Source: Bdellovibrionota bacterium
GTDB taxonomy: Bacteria > Bdellovibrionota_C > UBA2361 > JBGSMV01
Direction: 5' to 3'
Length of the DNA: 37,988 nucleotides
NCBI GenBank assembly: GCA_041739995.1
Contig: JBGSMV010000075.1
Location: 1-37,988, forward strand
Made by a program: the position numbers and the translations under genes. Position 1 is the first letter of the stretch. Every line of letters starts with the position of its first letter. Under the pieces are notes generated by a model, which searched no databases, had not been told where the DNA came from, and saw nothing but the letters and a program-made list of their open reading frames with translations. Below, one piece after another: positions 18,053-27,779 of the stretch.

Positions 18053-20592
18053 GTTTTTTGCGCACGTCTTTTCGCCTCGGCCTTCGTGAAGCGCGAGGTT
18101 CCTGGAAAAAACTGCTGGTGTTTGCTTCAGCAATCGCACTTGGCATCGCCGCTATGTGCTTTGCGCGTGCACTGAATATTACGCTTGCAAAGAGCGTAGC
18201 GCTTGAGTCTCGGCAACTGCTCGGCGCTGATGTGATGCTCTCGTCGCGAGAACCCATCGCTGCCAGCATTATCGAAACCCTTCGCTCGAAAGTCGTAGCC
18301 CTGACGCTTGAGACCAGGTTTCGTAGCATGGTGCGTACCACGACAGGCGCGTTCCATATCACCCAGGTTCGCGGCTTTGAAGGTTCGTTTCCTTTCTACG
18401 GGGAGCTCATTACCCAGCCACCTGACGCGTGGCAACGGGCCCAGAGTTCAGAAACGCCAGCGGTAATCATCGATGAGGTTCTTGCCACTAAGCTTCAGCT
18501 CTCTCCTGGAGACTCGCTTGAGGTAGGCGGTTTCTCTGCGCAGGTTTCTGGAATCGCACTGGCAATACCCGGGGACACTTCCCCTATGTACGCGTTCGCT
18601 CCTCGCATATTCGTTGCAGACAAGCATATTCCAAAGAATCAGCTACTCTCGCGTGGCGCGATTGCCGACTATTTTCTCTATATCAAACTTGCTGACGAAA
18701 TCTCGGATCAGCAGTTCGTCGAAGAAATCTCGCCGCTGCTCGCTCAGTCTCGGCTTGAGTCCACAACCGTCGCGGAGCGACAAGAACTGCTTGGAGAAAT
18801 CAGTAAGAATCTTTCTTCTTTTTTTGGTTTAATCGGTCTGATTACGCTGTTCTTGGGGGGACTTGGCGCGGTCTCGACTCTGAGTTTCTATCTGCGCCAA
18901 AAGCGCAGTACCGTGGCCACACTAAAGTGTCTTGGCGCCTCACAGCGCTGCATAGAAGCGACATTTAGCGCCCAGATTCTCATGGCGGCTGCCGTTGCCT
19001 CGCTGGTCGGTGCCGTCAGCGGTGTGCTGATTGGGTACTACGCTCCATTGTGGTTTTCGAAATGGCTGCCCTTTCAGGTCACCCCCACGTTCGCGTGGAA
19101 CGAGTTGCTGGTGGGTATCTTGGTGGGAACTTTCTCGCTCGCTCTAGTACTTTTCCCTTCACTAGCCAGCTTAGCTCGCGCCACGCCTCTCGAAGTGTTG
19201 CGGCCTTCAGAGACTCCGCTAAGCAGCAACTCTTTCTGGCAGTCTTTTTGGCAATATTTTCGGAAGGGTGCTCCTCTGTTGCTTACTGTTTTCTTGCTTG
19301 GCGTTCTCTCCTCAGACAAGATTTTGTTCGGGCTGCTGGCCGCTTCAGGTGTGGTGCTTACCTTGGGACTCCTATTTTTCTTCACCATAGTGCTTCGTCG
19401 AGGCATTCGCCGATTTCGAACTCCACAGCTGCCGTTACATACCCGCTATGCACTCAGCAGCCTTGATCGACCAGGAAATCAAACCTCTCTGCTTATGGTG
19501 AGTTTTGGGTTGAGTGCCATGCTTTTAAGCGTAGTGCTCGTATGTCATCACGCGCTTCGCTCGCAAACTGAGATTGCTCGCAGTGGGGTGACTTCGACTG
19601 CTTTTATGGTCGACATACAGCCAGATCAACGGCCGCTTATCCGCGATACTTTGAGTGAGTTACAGATTCCTCTAAAGCAGGAGTCAGAGATTCTTCTGAT
19701 GCGCCTCAACAAAATTGGTGATCGCTTAGTATCAGATCTTTCTAAAGATCCTGAGAAGCCAATCTCTAAGCGCTCACTCAATCGTGAGTATTGGTCGACG
19801 TCCCGCGCTGATTTGCTTGAAAGCGAGAGTGTCGTCGAGGGAGTTTGGATCGCACGGGTGGCGGAAGGGTCCGACATTGTTCCCGTCTCAATTGAACGAC
19901 GCTTCATGCAGCGGCTTGGCTTGTCTTTGGGAGACATGCTGGAGTTTGATATGGCTGGAATTCCTATTCAGTCTCAGATCACTAGTGTACGTGAAGTGAG
20001 ATGGGAACGAATGGAGAGAAATTCTTTTCTGGTGTTCCCGGAAGGCAGCCTAAAGCAACCTCCTCATTTTATGGTGATGGGAGTGTTAACTTCGTCTGCC
20101 CAGCAAACTGCGCAGCTCATGGCGGCCCTTTCCAAATCAGCCCCAAATGTCTCAGTGTTTGATGTGCGCTCTGCGGTCGCCACCATAGATGGCATCTTGG
20201 AGTATCTACTTAAGGTTCTCTCCGCTCTATCGATTCTGGTATTCCTCGCAGCGGTAATCACGATGTTTGGGGCGGTCTCACTTGGACGTTCCGAGAGACG
20301 GCTTGAACAGGCGCTGCTGCGCACTGTGGGAGCAAGCCGGCGCTTTGTTGAGCAAACACTCACTTATGAATACGCTATTCTTGGGATACTCGCTTCTGTG
20401 CTCGGCATTGGCTGTAGTTTTCTCGTTTCGTTCCCCATCGTCGTTTGGGGATTTAGAATTCCTTTTTCCGCACCTGTGATGCCCCTTATCGCACTTACGC
20501 TAGTGCTCCCCTGCATCGTCGTCGTGCTCATCAGAGCATCGAGAGGCAAGTGGTGGACAATCTCCCCTGCTGAATCGCTTAGGAATTTATAA
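18049..20592 (+). CDS. ybbP: ABC transporter permease (YbbP-like, FtsX family)
   Basis: REARG, LLGAD, FPFYGEL, ATLKCLGAS, DIQPDQ, ALLRTVGAS; duplicated TM blocks; ATGA overlap with the upstream ATPase. Confidence 0.85.
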   Translation: MSFLRTSFRLGLREARGSWKKLLVFASAIALGIAAMCFARALNITLAKSVALESRQLLGADVMLSSREPIAASIIETLRSKVVALTLETRFRSMVRTTTGAFHITQVRGFEGSFPFYGELITQPPDAWQRAQSSETPAVIIDEVLATKLQLSPGDSLEVGGFSAQVSGIALAIPGDTSPMYAFAPRIFVADKHIPKNQLLSRGAIADYFLYIKLADEISDQQFVEEISPLLAQSRLESTTVAERQELLGEISKNLSSFFGLIGLITLFLGGLGAVSTLSFYLRQKRSTVATLKCLGASQRCIEATFSAQILMAAAVASLVGAVSGVLIGYYAPLWFSKWLPFQVTPTFAWNELLVGILVGTFSLALVLFPSLASLARATPLEVLRPSETPLSSNSFWQSFWQYFRKGAPLLLTVFLLGVLSSDKILFGLLAASGVVLTLGLLFFFTIVLRRGIRRFRTPQLPLHTRYALSSLDRPGNQTSLLMVSFGLSAMLLSVVLVCHHALRSQTEIARSGVTSTAFMVDIQPDQRPLIRDTLSELQIPLKQESEILLMRLNKIGDRLVSDLSKDPEKPISKRSLNREYWSTSRADLLESESVVEGVWIARVAEGSDIVPVSIERRFMQRLGLSLGDMLEFDMAGIPIQSQITSVREVRWERMERNSFLVFPEGSLKQPPHFMVMGVLTSSAQQTAQLMAALSKSAPNVSVFDVRSAVATIDGILEYLLKVLSALSILVFLAAVITMFGAVSLGRSERRLEQALLRTVGASRRFVEQTLTYEYAILGILASVLGIGCSFLVSFPIVVWGFRIPFSAPVMPLIALTLVLPCIVVVLIRASRGKWWTISPAESLRNL

Positions 20593-20604
20593 ATCTAGAT
20601 TGGG

Positions 20605-20994
20605 TTATTGGAGGCCGCCAAGCTGGCTGTTCCACATGTAGGCGGTCAGAAGATTGAAGTGTGTTCCCTCTTGGTGGAAAGAGCGCCCAGTGAAGTGGGT
20701 GCTGCTGCCCCAGAACATAGCGATATCAACCCCGTTAGATCCCTCAAAGCCAGGCAAAGTCGCTTTACAGGCTGCCGCACCAATGCAATCAGCGTAGGCT
20801 TCGTTCTCAGCAAAGAGAGCTTCTTCTCCTGTCGCTGCGCTATGAAGGTCGCTAAGACTGCGTGCATCGTGTCCGCGCTGCTTGTAGGTAGCAAATTGTG
20901 GGATAGCGATCACCGCGAGGATGCCGATTATGGAGACGACTATCAGCAGCTCGATCAAAGTAAAACCTTGCTGATGGTGGGCGGAGAAGCTCAT
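20605..20994 (-). CDS. type IV pilin-like protein with N-terminal cleavage/methylation motif
   Basis: QQG^FTLIELLIVVSIIGILAVIAIPQF. Confidence 0.9.
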   Translation of the reverse strand: MSFSAHHQQGFTLIELLIVVSIIGILAVIAIPQFATYKQRGHDARSLSDLHSAATGEEALFAENEAYADCIGAAACKATLPGFEGSNGVDIAMFWGSSTHFTGRSFHQEGTHFNLLTAYMWNSQLGGLQ

Positions 20995-21308
20995 AGAGAG
21001 TAGGAATCGTCCGGCTCAAGTGATGAATTTAGGTTCGAGCGCTTAGTTAAGAGATTTACTCAGCACTTTCTTTTAGTTCGCTCTAGGAGTTTCTGGGGCG
21101 CTCTCTAAGGGCTTCCCTGTATCATGGAAATTAATTGTATATTTACAAATAGTTAAGCTACTAACGGCGTTTGAATAGTCCCACTCTGAGTGGTACCCTG
21201 GCTAAGGTCTTCTTAAGACAACTTTGCGAGGTTTCCAAAGCATCACCGACTGACGGCGGAGTTGAGGAATCCTATTTTTGCAATTTTCTAGCACCAAGGA
21301 CTCTCGAC

Positions 21309-22622
21309 ATGTCAGGTCATATTGCAACCGATTCGGCTTCACCAAAGGCAGCCCTCAACGCCGGCGTTGGTTCCGCATGTACTGGCCTTCAAGATTTAAC
21401 AGGGCCGAGTGCGCAGGTCCCTAGTTGGATAACAGGCTCTCGTGAGTGCCAGGTCGGCATTGCGGATAATATCTCCATCTTCAAGGAGAATCACAAAGTT
21501 ATCCTACGTCTCTGCGATTCTAAAGGCGCTGACGGTAATCCGAAGAACGTGGTTGAGTTTGAGGTTGATCCTTCCGCATTGTCTGCGTCACTTGCTGAGG
21601 AACGAGAAGCGCTTAAAATGTTGCTCCCCAATTTCACAGAGAAAGGGTTGGTCAAGTCCGAGCTGTTTCGCCGACTGTCCTCCGATCAAGGAGAACTCTT
21701 TAAGATAAAGCGACTGAACGTAGCCGATCGCTTTGTAGAAATTAACGCCGTACTCGCAGAAGGAGCCGTGGTGTCAGGCAACCTGGCGGATTCTGTGCTC
21801 TCACTTCGAGGCTCTGGGGCTCATTTCCAGAATCTAAATATTTCCGGAGCGTCGGTAGTCGCCCTTCAGTGTGAGGACTCTTCCATCAGCAATTTTGCTA
21901 TGGATCGAACCTCAGTGCTAATGGGCAACCTCTCGGGTCTTTCTCGTGGGACCGATGCAAGTCGAATCGAAGCCCATGCAGTGGGCCTCATGGTCGACCG
22001 AGTCGGATCGAATACATCGCCAGAACTCTTAAGAGAGATGTTCCTTGGCTCCCGACTTTCGAAAGACTCCTTTGATCTTTCGCTGCTTGGGAACTCAGCA
22101 AAGCAACTATCGATTGGAGATCTTCTCAAGGACGAGGAAGCGCTCAACCAACAATTCACCTCAAATCATTTTGGAAACCTCCAAACATTAGTTGACGGCT
22201 CAGTCCCTGTTCCCGCTCTATTTACCAACGTCGGAATTCATAACGTACGCGCCTCCCGTGTGCAGGAAAACTCATTACAGATTGAACTCCCTCTCCAGTC
22301 TCCGATCAAAACCGAAAATGGCGCCATGGTAAGAGCGGTAATTCTTGAGATGCCAAAAGCGCTCGACAGTGTGACACCGACAGCCGCTTTGGCGCCAAGC
22401 ACTCCACGCATTGATCTTCGCGTTTCCACAGAGATTGAGGGTGGCAAACAAGTTACAGGAGACGTTGAAGTTAAAGAGCTCGCTCCCTCTCGATTGCTTC
22501 ATTTGTGGGCCCTCAGGGCGCTGTACCTAGCCAAGGGGCGAGTGCTTTCAGACCAGGAACTCGTGGCCTTTGCCGCCTGCGCGCATGATCAGATGGTGGA
22601 AGTAGCGGGCCGTCTGACTTAA
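21309..22622 (+). CDS. hypothetical protein
   Basis: Long ORF (track start 21171); ATG 21309 preceded by AAGGA; no family recognised. Confidence 0.7.
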   Translation: MSGHIATDSASPKAALNAGVGSACTGLQDLTGPSAQVPSWITGSRECQVGIADNISIFKENHKVILRLCDSKGADGNPKNVVEFEVDPSALSASLAEEREALKMLLPNFTEKGLVKSELFRRLSSDQGELFKIKRLNVADRFVEINAVLAEGAVVSGNLADSVLSLRGSGAHFQNLNISGASVVALQCEDSSISNFAMDRTSVLMGNLSGLSRGTDASRIEAHAVGLMVDRVGSNTSPELLREMFLGSRLSKDSFDLSLLGNSAKQLSIGDLLKDEEALNQQFTSNHFGNLQTLVDGSVPVPALFTNVGIHNVRASRVQENSLQIELPLQSPIKTENGAMVRAVILEMPKALDSVTPTAALAPSTPRIDLRVSTEIEGGKQVTGDVEVKELAPSRLLHLWALRALYLAKGRVLSDQELVAFAACAHDQMVEVAGRLT

Positions 22623-22785
22623 GCGAGCAGAAACACCGCCTTATATTCACAGACTGACATTCACAGTCTGATATTCAATCACAAAAACTGTAACGCGACT
22701 CTGAGACAAGAAGAGAGGCCACCATCGCCGAGTCCCATCGCCTCAGAGACCTTGGGATTCACAAAAACGTTATAGAATCAGTAGG

Positions 22786-23565
22786 CTAGCGGAACTTGGC
22801 CGGCCGCTTCTCGCGCACGGCCGAGAGCCCTTCAGCAAATTCAGCGCTCGCATAATTGACTGACTGGCATTGGGCTTCGCGTGAAAGGGAGTCGGAGAGC
22901 GCAGGTTGAGGCGAGCGCAGGCTTACTAAAAGCTGCCTAATGGATTCTGGCCCACCGCTACAAATCTCATCGGCCATCGCTCGCGCTTCCTTCATCACCT
23001 CAGTACTCTTTACCACCCGTGAAACGAGCCCTATTCGGTGCGCTTCGCTCGCAGAGATGATTCGACCGGTCAAAAGCAGCTCAGCGGCCATTCCTACCCC
23101 AAGTATTTGTGGCAAGAAGAAGGTGGCACCCATGCCTGGATGCAGCCCAAGCCGAACAAACGTGAACCCAATCTTGGCTTCTTCTGCCACCACACGAATG
23201 TCGCAGGCACTCGCCACACACATTCCGGCACCAACCGCCGCTCCATTGATCGCAGCAATCAACGGCACCTCAAGTTCTCTGATACAAAGAAAGGAGTCAT
23301 AAAACGCCAACATACGAAGCCGATTCTCCTCAGGAGAAAGGCTGCGTTTGGCATCAAGCATCTTTAAGTCCCCACCAGCAGAAAACGCCTTGCCTGAACC
23401 CGTAAGGATAATTGCGGAAAGGTTCTCGCGCTCACTCCGAAGGGAATCCACTACGGCCCGAAAGTCCCGCGCCATACCTTCTCCCATCGCATTCAGGGAG
23501 TCGGGATCGTGCAGGGTAATGACGCTTATAGCTGGTGTCAGTTTTTCGAGAATAACTTTAGACAT
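22786..23565 (-). CDS. enoyl-CoA hydratase/isomerase family protein
   Basis: LTGSGKAFSAGGDL, PLIAAINGAAVGAG, ACDIR, GLHPGMGAT, AELLLTG, EKRPAKF. Confidence 0.92.
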   Translation of the reverse strand: MSKVILEKLTPAISVITLHDPDSLNAMGEGMARDFRAVVDSLRSERENLSAIILTGSGKAFSAGGDLKMLDAKRSLSPEENRLRMLAFYDSFLCIRELEVPLIAAINGAAVGAGMCVASACDIRVVAEEAKIGFTFVRLGLHPGMGATFFLPQILGVGMAAELLLTGRIISASEAHRIGLVSRVVKSTEVMKEARAMADEICSGGPESIRQLLVSLRSPQPALSDSLSREAQCQSVNYASAEFAEGLSAVREKRPAKFR

Positions 23566-23588
23566 GCGATGCCCCTTTCCTTCTTGCT

Positions 23589-24380
23589 TTAATCCGCAGA
23601 ACCCACCATTGAGCGCGCTCCCTCAAGGCCCTGCGCCGTTCCGATATCAGCCCATTGCGCTGCCCCAAGATCAACCTCTATGAGTTCTCGCCCTTCACGC
23701 AGCGCCTTCATGTAGACCTCAATCAACGAAAATTCAGTGGGAAAACCCTGCATGTATTTAAAGATTTCCGATGAAAGCATTTGAACCCCACAGAAGCCTT
23801 TTTTGGCAACCGGCTCATCACGAGCCACTGCGACTTCTATCTCTTGGCGACCTGAAGCGCCTTGAAATCCCAACAATCGTCCGCCATTCCCAAAAAGAAG
23901 ATAGCTCGACTCTTCACGCTGCATGGTAAGTAGCGCCCCAAGCAACTTCGCATTATTGCCGGCGGCTTGGTCGGTGCGAATAATCTTCAACACTCGATGA
24001 AGCCGTTGGAGCTCAAAAGTACAGTGAATGTCAGCATTCACCACCAAGAACTCGCTCTCTGAAGCGAAGAAATCTTTTACCTTGAGCAGGCCCCCTCCTG
24101 TCCCAAGCAACTGCGCTTCGTCGCTAAAAGAAATCCTGAGCGTCCTACCCTTGGTAGCAAACAGATCGGGCACCATCCACTTTTCGGCGACCCAAGTGCG
24201 CACCTGATCGGAGAGATAATGCAGATTGACTATTACTTCTGTAACCCCGGCTTGCAGGAGCCAGGAGAACACGCGAGCAAGCATCGGCTCTCCTCCGACG
24301 TCAACTAAACACTTAGGAGTGGACTCGGTGAGTTTTCCTAATCGGGTTCCTTTCCCCGCGGCTAAGACCATTGCTCGCAT
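23589..24380 (-). CDS. sugar-phosphate nucleotidyltransferase (MurU-like)
   Basis: MRAMVLAAGKGTRL..LT...PKCL, VNLHYL, LLGTGGGL, VNADI, WADIGT. Confidence 0.88.
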   Translation of the reverse strand: MRAMVLAAGKGTRLGKLTESTPKCLVDVGGEPMLARVFSWLLQAGVTEVIVNLHYLSDQVRTWVAEKWMVPDLFATKGRTLRISFSDEAQLLGTGGGLLKVKDFFASESEFLVVNADIHCTFELQRLHRVLKIIRTDQAAGNNAKLLGALLTMQREESSYLLFGNGGRLLGFQGASGRQEIEVAVARDEPVAKKGFCGVQMLSSEIFKYMQGFPTEFSLIEVYMKALREGRELIEVDLGAAQWADIGTAQGLEGARSMVGSAD

Positions 24381-24598
24381 TCACAATCCTGAAACGACGT
24401 CTTATTCAACTTACTGTGCCAGGCCGACTGGGCTAATTGATACGCCACAATAAGAACTAACACATCGGATATATTAGCAATACTACCATTTCTGCATGAC
24501 CAAGCGGCCAAAAGCTACTCGCCTAAGAATATTGCGGCCCTTCTCCAGGATCTCTCATCTGAACTTTTGACACAGTTTCAAGGAAGATACTCGGTCCT

Positions 24599-25603
24599 AT
24601 GGTTCGCGAACTCTCAAATACTGAGAAAGCTGCTCTCACTCTCCTTACCTTGGGGAAAGAACTCGCGTCTCAAGTGCTTCAGAATCTTAACGAGCAAGAA
24701 GTTAAGCGAATCAGCCGCGCCTTTATGGCCGTGCATGAGGTAGACCGAGAAACTCAGTTCAGCATCCTTAGAGAATTTCATACCATGATCAAGGCGACCG
24801 ACACCGTGTTGGTCGACGGTCGCGAGTTCGCCAAGGACGTTATCTCGTCCGCCTTCGGTGATCAGGCTGGTGAAGGACTACTTGACTACATCTCAGGCTC
24901 AAAGAAGGAGCCAATCAGTACCATCATCCAAGACGTGCCAGAGAAGATATTGAATTCATTCATCGCCGCCGAACATCCGCAGACGATTGCGTTCTTGATG
25001 ACCAAAATGAACCCTGATCAAGCTGCCTCGATTGTGCAGAAAATGGGCGAAGAAACTCAAACAGATGTTCTGATCCGCATTGCTCATTTGAACAACGTGA
25101 AGTCTGACGTGTTGGACGAAGTTCGTGAGGTTCTTCGCACTCAGCTTCGAGGCGGAGGTTTGACCGAGGAGGAGGAAGTCAGCGGTCCAAAATCAGCCGC
25201 CAATATCCTCAACTTCGTCGAAAGAACCAACGAAGAACGTATCCTGTCCGAAATCGAGGAAATGTACCCAGACCTCGCCGAAGGCATTCGCAATCTCATG
25301 TTTACCTTCGAAGACGTCAAAAAGATCGACGACCGCGGTATTCAAACTGTACTCAAAGAGATCCCTCGCGATCAGCTTCTTCTTGGACTCAAAACGGCCA
25401 GCGAAGAGCTGCGAGACCTACTATTTCGCAACATGTCGCAACGTGCAGCTCTTATGCTCACCGAAGATCTCTCCACGATGGGACCAGTCAAACTCAAAGA
25501 TGTCGAAAAGGCTCAGCAGTCTATTGTCGACACCGTTCGCCGCCTCGAAGCCGAAGGCAAGATCGCTGTCGGTGGTGGTGGTGCCGAGGATCAGTTCGTA
25601 TAA
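24599..25603 (+). CDS. fliG: flagellar motor switch protein FliG
   Basis: KAA..LL.LG, EHPQTIA, MFTFED, LKTASEEL, NMSQRAA, GPVKLKDVEKAQ. Confidence 0.95.
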   Translation: MVRELSNTEKAALTLLTLGKELASQVLQNLNEQEVKRISRAFMAVHEVDRETQFSILREFHTMIKATDTVLVDGREFAKDVISSAFGDQAGEGLLDYISGSKKEPISTIIQDVPEKILNSFIAAEHPQTIAFLMTKMNPDQAASIVQKMGEETQTDVLIRIAHLNNVKSDVLDEVREVLRTQLRGGGLTEEEEVSGPKSAANILNFVERTNEERILSEIEEMYPDLAEGIRNLMFTFEDVKKIDDRGIQTVLKEIPRDQLLLGLKTASEELRDLLFRNMSQRAALMLTEDLSTMGPVKLKDVEKAQQSIVDTVRRLEAEGKIAVGGGGAEDQFV

Positions 25604-25695
25604 CCCTCCTCCCGCTGTCTTTGCCCATGAAGAGCCCTCCCACTTAAAAACCGAATGCTTCTACTTCCTGGCCAGCTCCTGCTAAGATCGCGCCC

Positions 25696-26442
25696 ATGGA
25701 GACTGTCTCTTCCACTCGAGTGAATGGCCCCGGGCGTGTCGCCGCCGGACTCACCCTTGCAAGCTATGTCATTTCTCATCCGTCACTTTGCTGGACCTGG
25801 CTTGGCACTCGCTCAATCGCAGGGCAACTCCGTCTGCGTGAATACGTTCTCACTCTAATTTTGGTGAGCGTCGCCGCCGGGTTTCTGCGCAGCGTCGCGA
25901 TTGGGGTTTATGTGCCAGTGTACGGGTTCTGGCGTATGCCGTTCCTTGACGCACTCGGATACTACAGCGTTGTGCTGCTGTGGTGTGCGGGAATGGTGCT
26001 TGCAGGAAGTCTTCTCCTTCGGACATTAGCAAGCAGATTCGGTGGCCAACAAACTGACTTTCGCATTTGGGTTGGCGTGGTGGCCTTTGCAAGTACTCCG
26101 TTTCTTCTCTCGGGACTGCTGGTCTTCGTTCCCTCCGAAATACTACGTACCCTACTCTCGCTTGGTACACTCTATAGTTTGTTCCTCTTTCGGCGCGGCA
26201 TCGAGAACCTCAACCTTGTCCCACCGACTCAGCAGTCCATTTTCTGTGTGGTAGGCTCCCTTTCCATGATTTCTATCGGCGCCCTCTCTTTGTGGTTGCT
26301 CATGTCGCTGTGTATGCCGTCTTACCCCGCCCGATCGCTGAGCGAGCCGGTGCTTAGTCATGATGTGCTTGACTTTAAGAGGTCTCTAGAACAGCTTGCG
26401 TGGCAGAAATATGGCCTCTCACTACATGGAGAACCTATATGA
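25696..26442 (+). CDS. Yip1-like multi-pass membrane protein
   Basis: About five hydrophobic helices with 'LASRFGG', 'VAFASTP', 'LYSLFLF.RG' patterns. Confidence 0.6.
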   Translation: METVSSTRVNGPGRVAAGLTLASYVISHPSLCWTWLGTRSIAGQLRLREYVLTLILVSVAAGFLRSVAIGVYVPVYGFWRMPFLDALGYYSVVLLWCAGMVLAGSLLLRTLASRFGGQQTDFRIWVGVVAFASTPFLLSGLLVFVPSEILRTLLSLGTLYSLFLFRRGIENLNLVPPTQQSIFCVVGSLSMISIGALSLWLLMSLCMPSYPARSLSEPVLSHDVLDFKRSLEQLAWQKYGLSLHGEPI

Positions 26443-26879
26443 AAAAGACCGCGCGCCCATCGTCCAGAATCTCAAGCACTACTAAGTCAGCTGCAACTAA
26501 GTCGGTGGGCTCCGACAAATCAAAAATTTCTTCGTTCTCGAGCGCCTGCTACAAGATTCTCTCGCAAGTTCCTCGCGGCAAGGTCACCACCTATCGTCTC
26601 ATCGCCAAGGCGCTTGGTTCCCGCGCAGTTCGTGCAGTGGGCACGGCTATGGCAAAAAATCCCTTTGCGCCGCGTATTCCTTGCCACCGAGTAGTTCGTA
26701 GTGACGGTAGCGTGGGAGAATACAATGGGGGCGCAGAGAAGAAGCAGCTCATGCTTAGGCGCGAAGGTATCCAGATCAACAACGGTAAAGTTTCTGACCT
26801 TTCTGATGTATTGTTCGCTCCAAAACCAAGCAAAAAGGCGCCCAAGACGCGCCGAGCGCCAACTTCAAAATCGCGCTAA
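26439..26879 (+). CDS. methylated-DNA--protein-cysteine methyltransferase (MGMT family, C-terminal domain only)
   Basis: VPRGKVTTY..IA, RAVGTAM..NP, IPCHRVV active-site motif; ATG 26439 overlaps the upstream TGA. Confidence 0.88.
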   Translation: MKKTARPSSRISSTTKSAATKSVGSDKSKISSFSSACYKILSQVPRGKVTTYRLIAKALGSRAVRAVGTAMAKNPFAPRIPCHRVVRSDGSVGEYNGGAEKKQLMLRREGIQINNGKVSDLSDVLFAPKPSKKAPKTRRAPTSKSR

Positions 26880-26903
26880 TAAAAAATTTCTTTTTAGGCT
26901 CCC

Positions 26904-27779
26904 TTAGGACACGCAGCGCGCTCGCACTTGCTCAAAGATACGTCTCGTTTCTCGAAGCTGAGTACCAGCCACCAGAGCCTCTATGCGGGTAATCTCTTGC
27001 TCGAGTTCGAGCCAGGACTGATCGACCGCAGCAATAGCTTCCGGTAGTGCAACCCCCGCAAAGAAATTAGAGGCATCGTCATCACGGTCCAGAAAATCAT
27101 CCACCAATTGAAAGAACATCCCGAACTGCTCTCCCAACACGATGAGTGCTGTCGAATGCTCTTGTGGAGCCGCACTGGTCAGACATGCCAGTTGTGCCGC
27201 AGCCTTAAATAGCGCCGCCGTCTTATGGCGATGAGTATGTAAGATTCCGTCTACTCCTGGCTGTGCGGCACGATCAAGGAGTTGTCCAAAACACACGCTG
27301 CGGTACGCCTCTGAGAGAATTCGAACCGCTTCAAGCCGCATGGATCCATCAAGAGCTTCTTCTTCAACGCAGACCGAAAACGCAAAGGGGACCATGTAGT
27401 CCCCGATCAAAATTGCCTCTGCTTCACCAAACTGACGATGCAGAGTAGGCCTACCACGGCGTTCGTCGTCATTGTCGATACCCGGCAAGTCATCATGAAC
27501 AAGCGACGCACTGTGAATGATTTCTAACGCAGCTGCGACTGAAAAGTGCGCGCGCGAAACGTCACCGCTGATGTCTGATACCAGCGCAAGAAGGAAAGAC
27601 GGTCGAACCCTCTTACCTCCCCCGTTAAGGCTGTAGCTGACGATGCTCCGAATACTTGCTGTAGGCGCCCACTGAAACTCAGGCAGATGTCTCAGGGCTT
27701 CTTCGACATAGCTCTCAAAAGCCTCGCGAATTTGTGTCGCGTCGATACTCGGTGGATTGCTTGCCAAACCCCCTCTCAT
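26904..27779 (-). CDS. ispA: polyprenyl (farnesyl/geranylgeranyl) diphosphate synthase
   Basis: GGKRVRP, HSASLVHDDLP..DNDDERRG.PT.H, GQLLD, KTAALF, FQLVDDFLD; ATG 27779 overlaps the folC stop. Confidence 0.85.
   Translation of the reverse strand: MRGGLASNPPSIDATQIREAFESYVEEALRHLPEFQWAPTASIRSIVSYSLNGGGKRVRPSFLLALVSDISGDVSRAHFSVAAALEIIHSASLVHDDLPGIDNDDERRGRPTLHRQFGEAEAILIGDYMVPFAFSVCVEEEALDGSMRLEAVRILSEAYRSVCFGQLLDRAAQPGVDGILHTHRHKTAALFKAAAQLACLTSAAPQEHSTALIVLGEQFGMFFQLVDDFLDRDDDASNFFAGVALPEAIAAVDQSWLELEQEITRIEALVAGTQLRETRRIFEQVRARCVS

Noticed and set aside
22645..22677. 14-bp near-tandem repeat ATTCACAG(A/T)CTGA(C/T)
   Set aside because: Only about two copies in a 3' intergenic region; no supportable function
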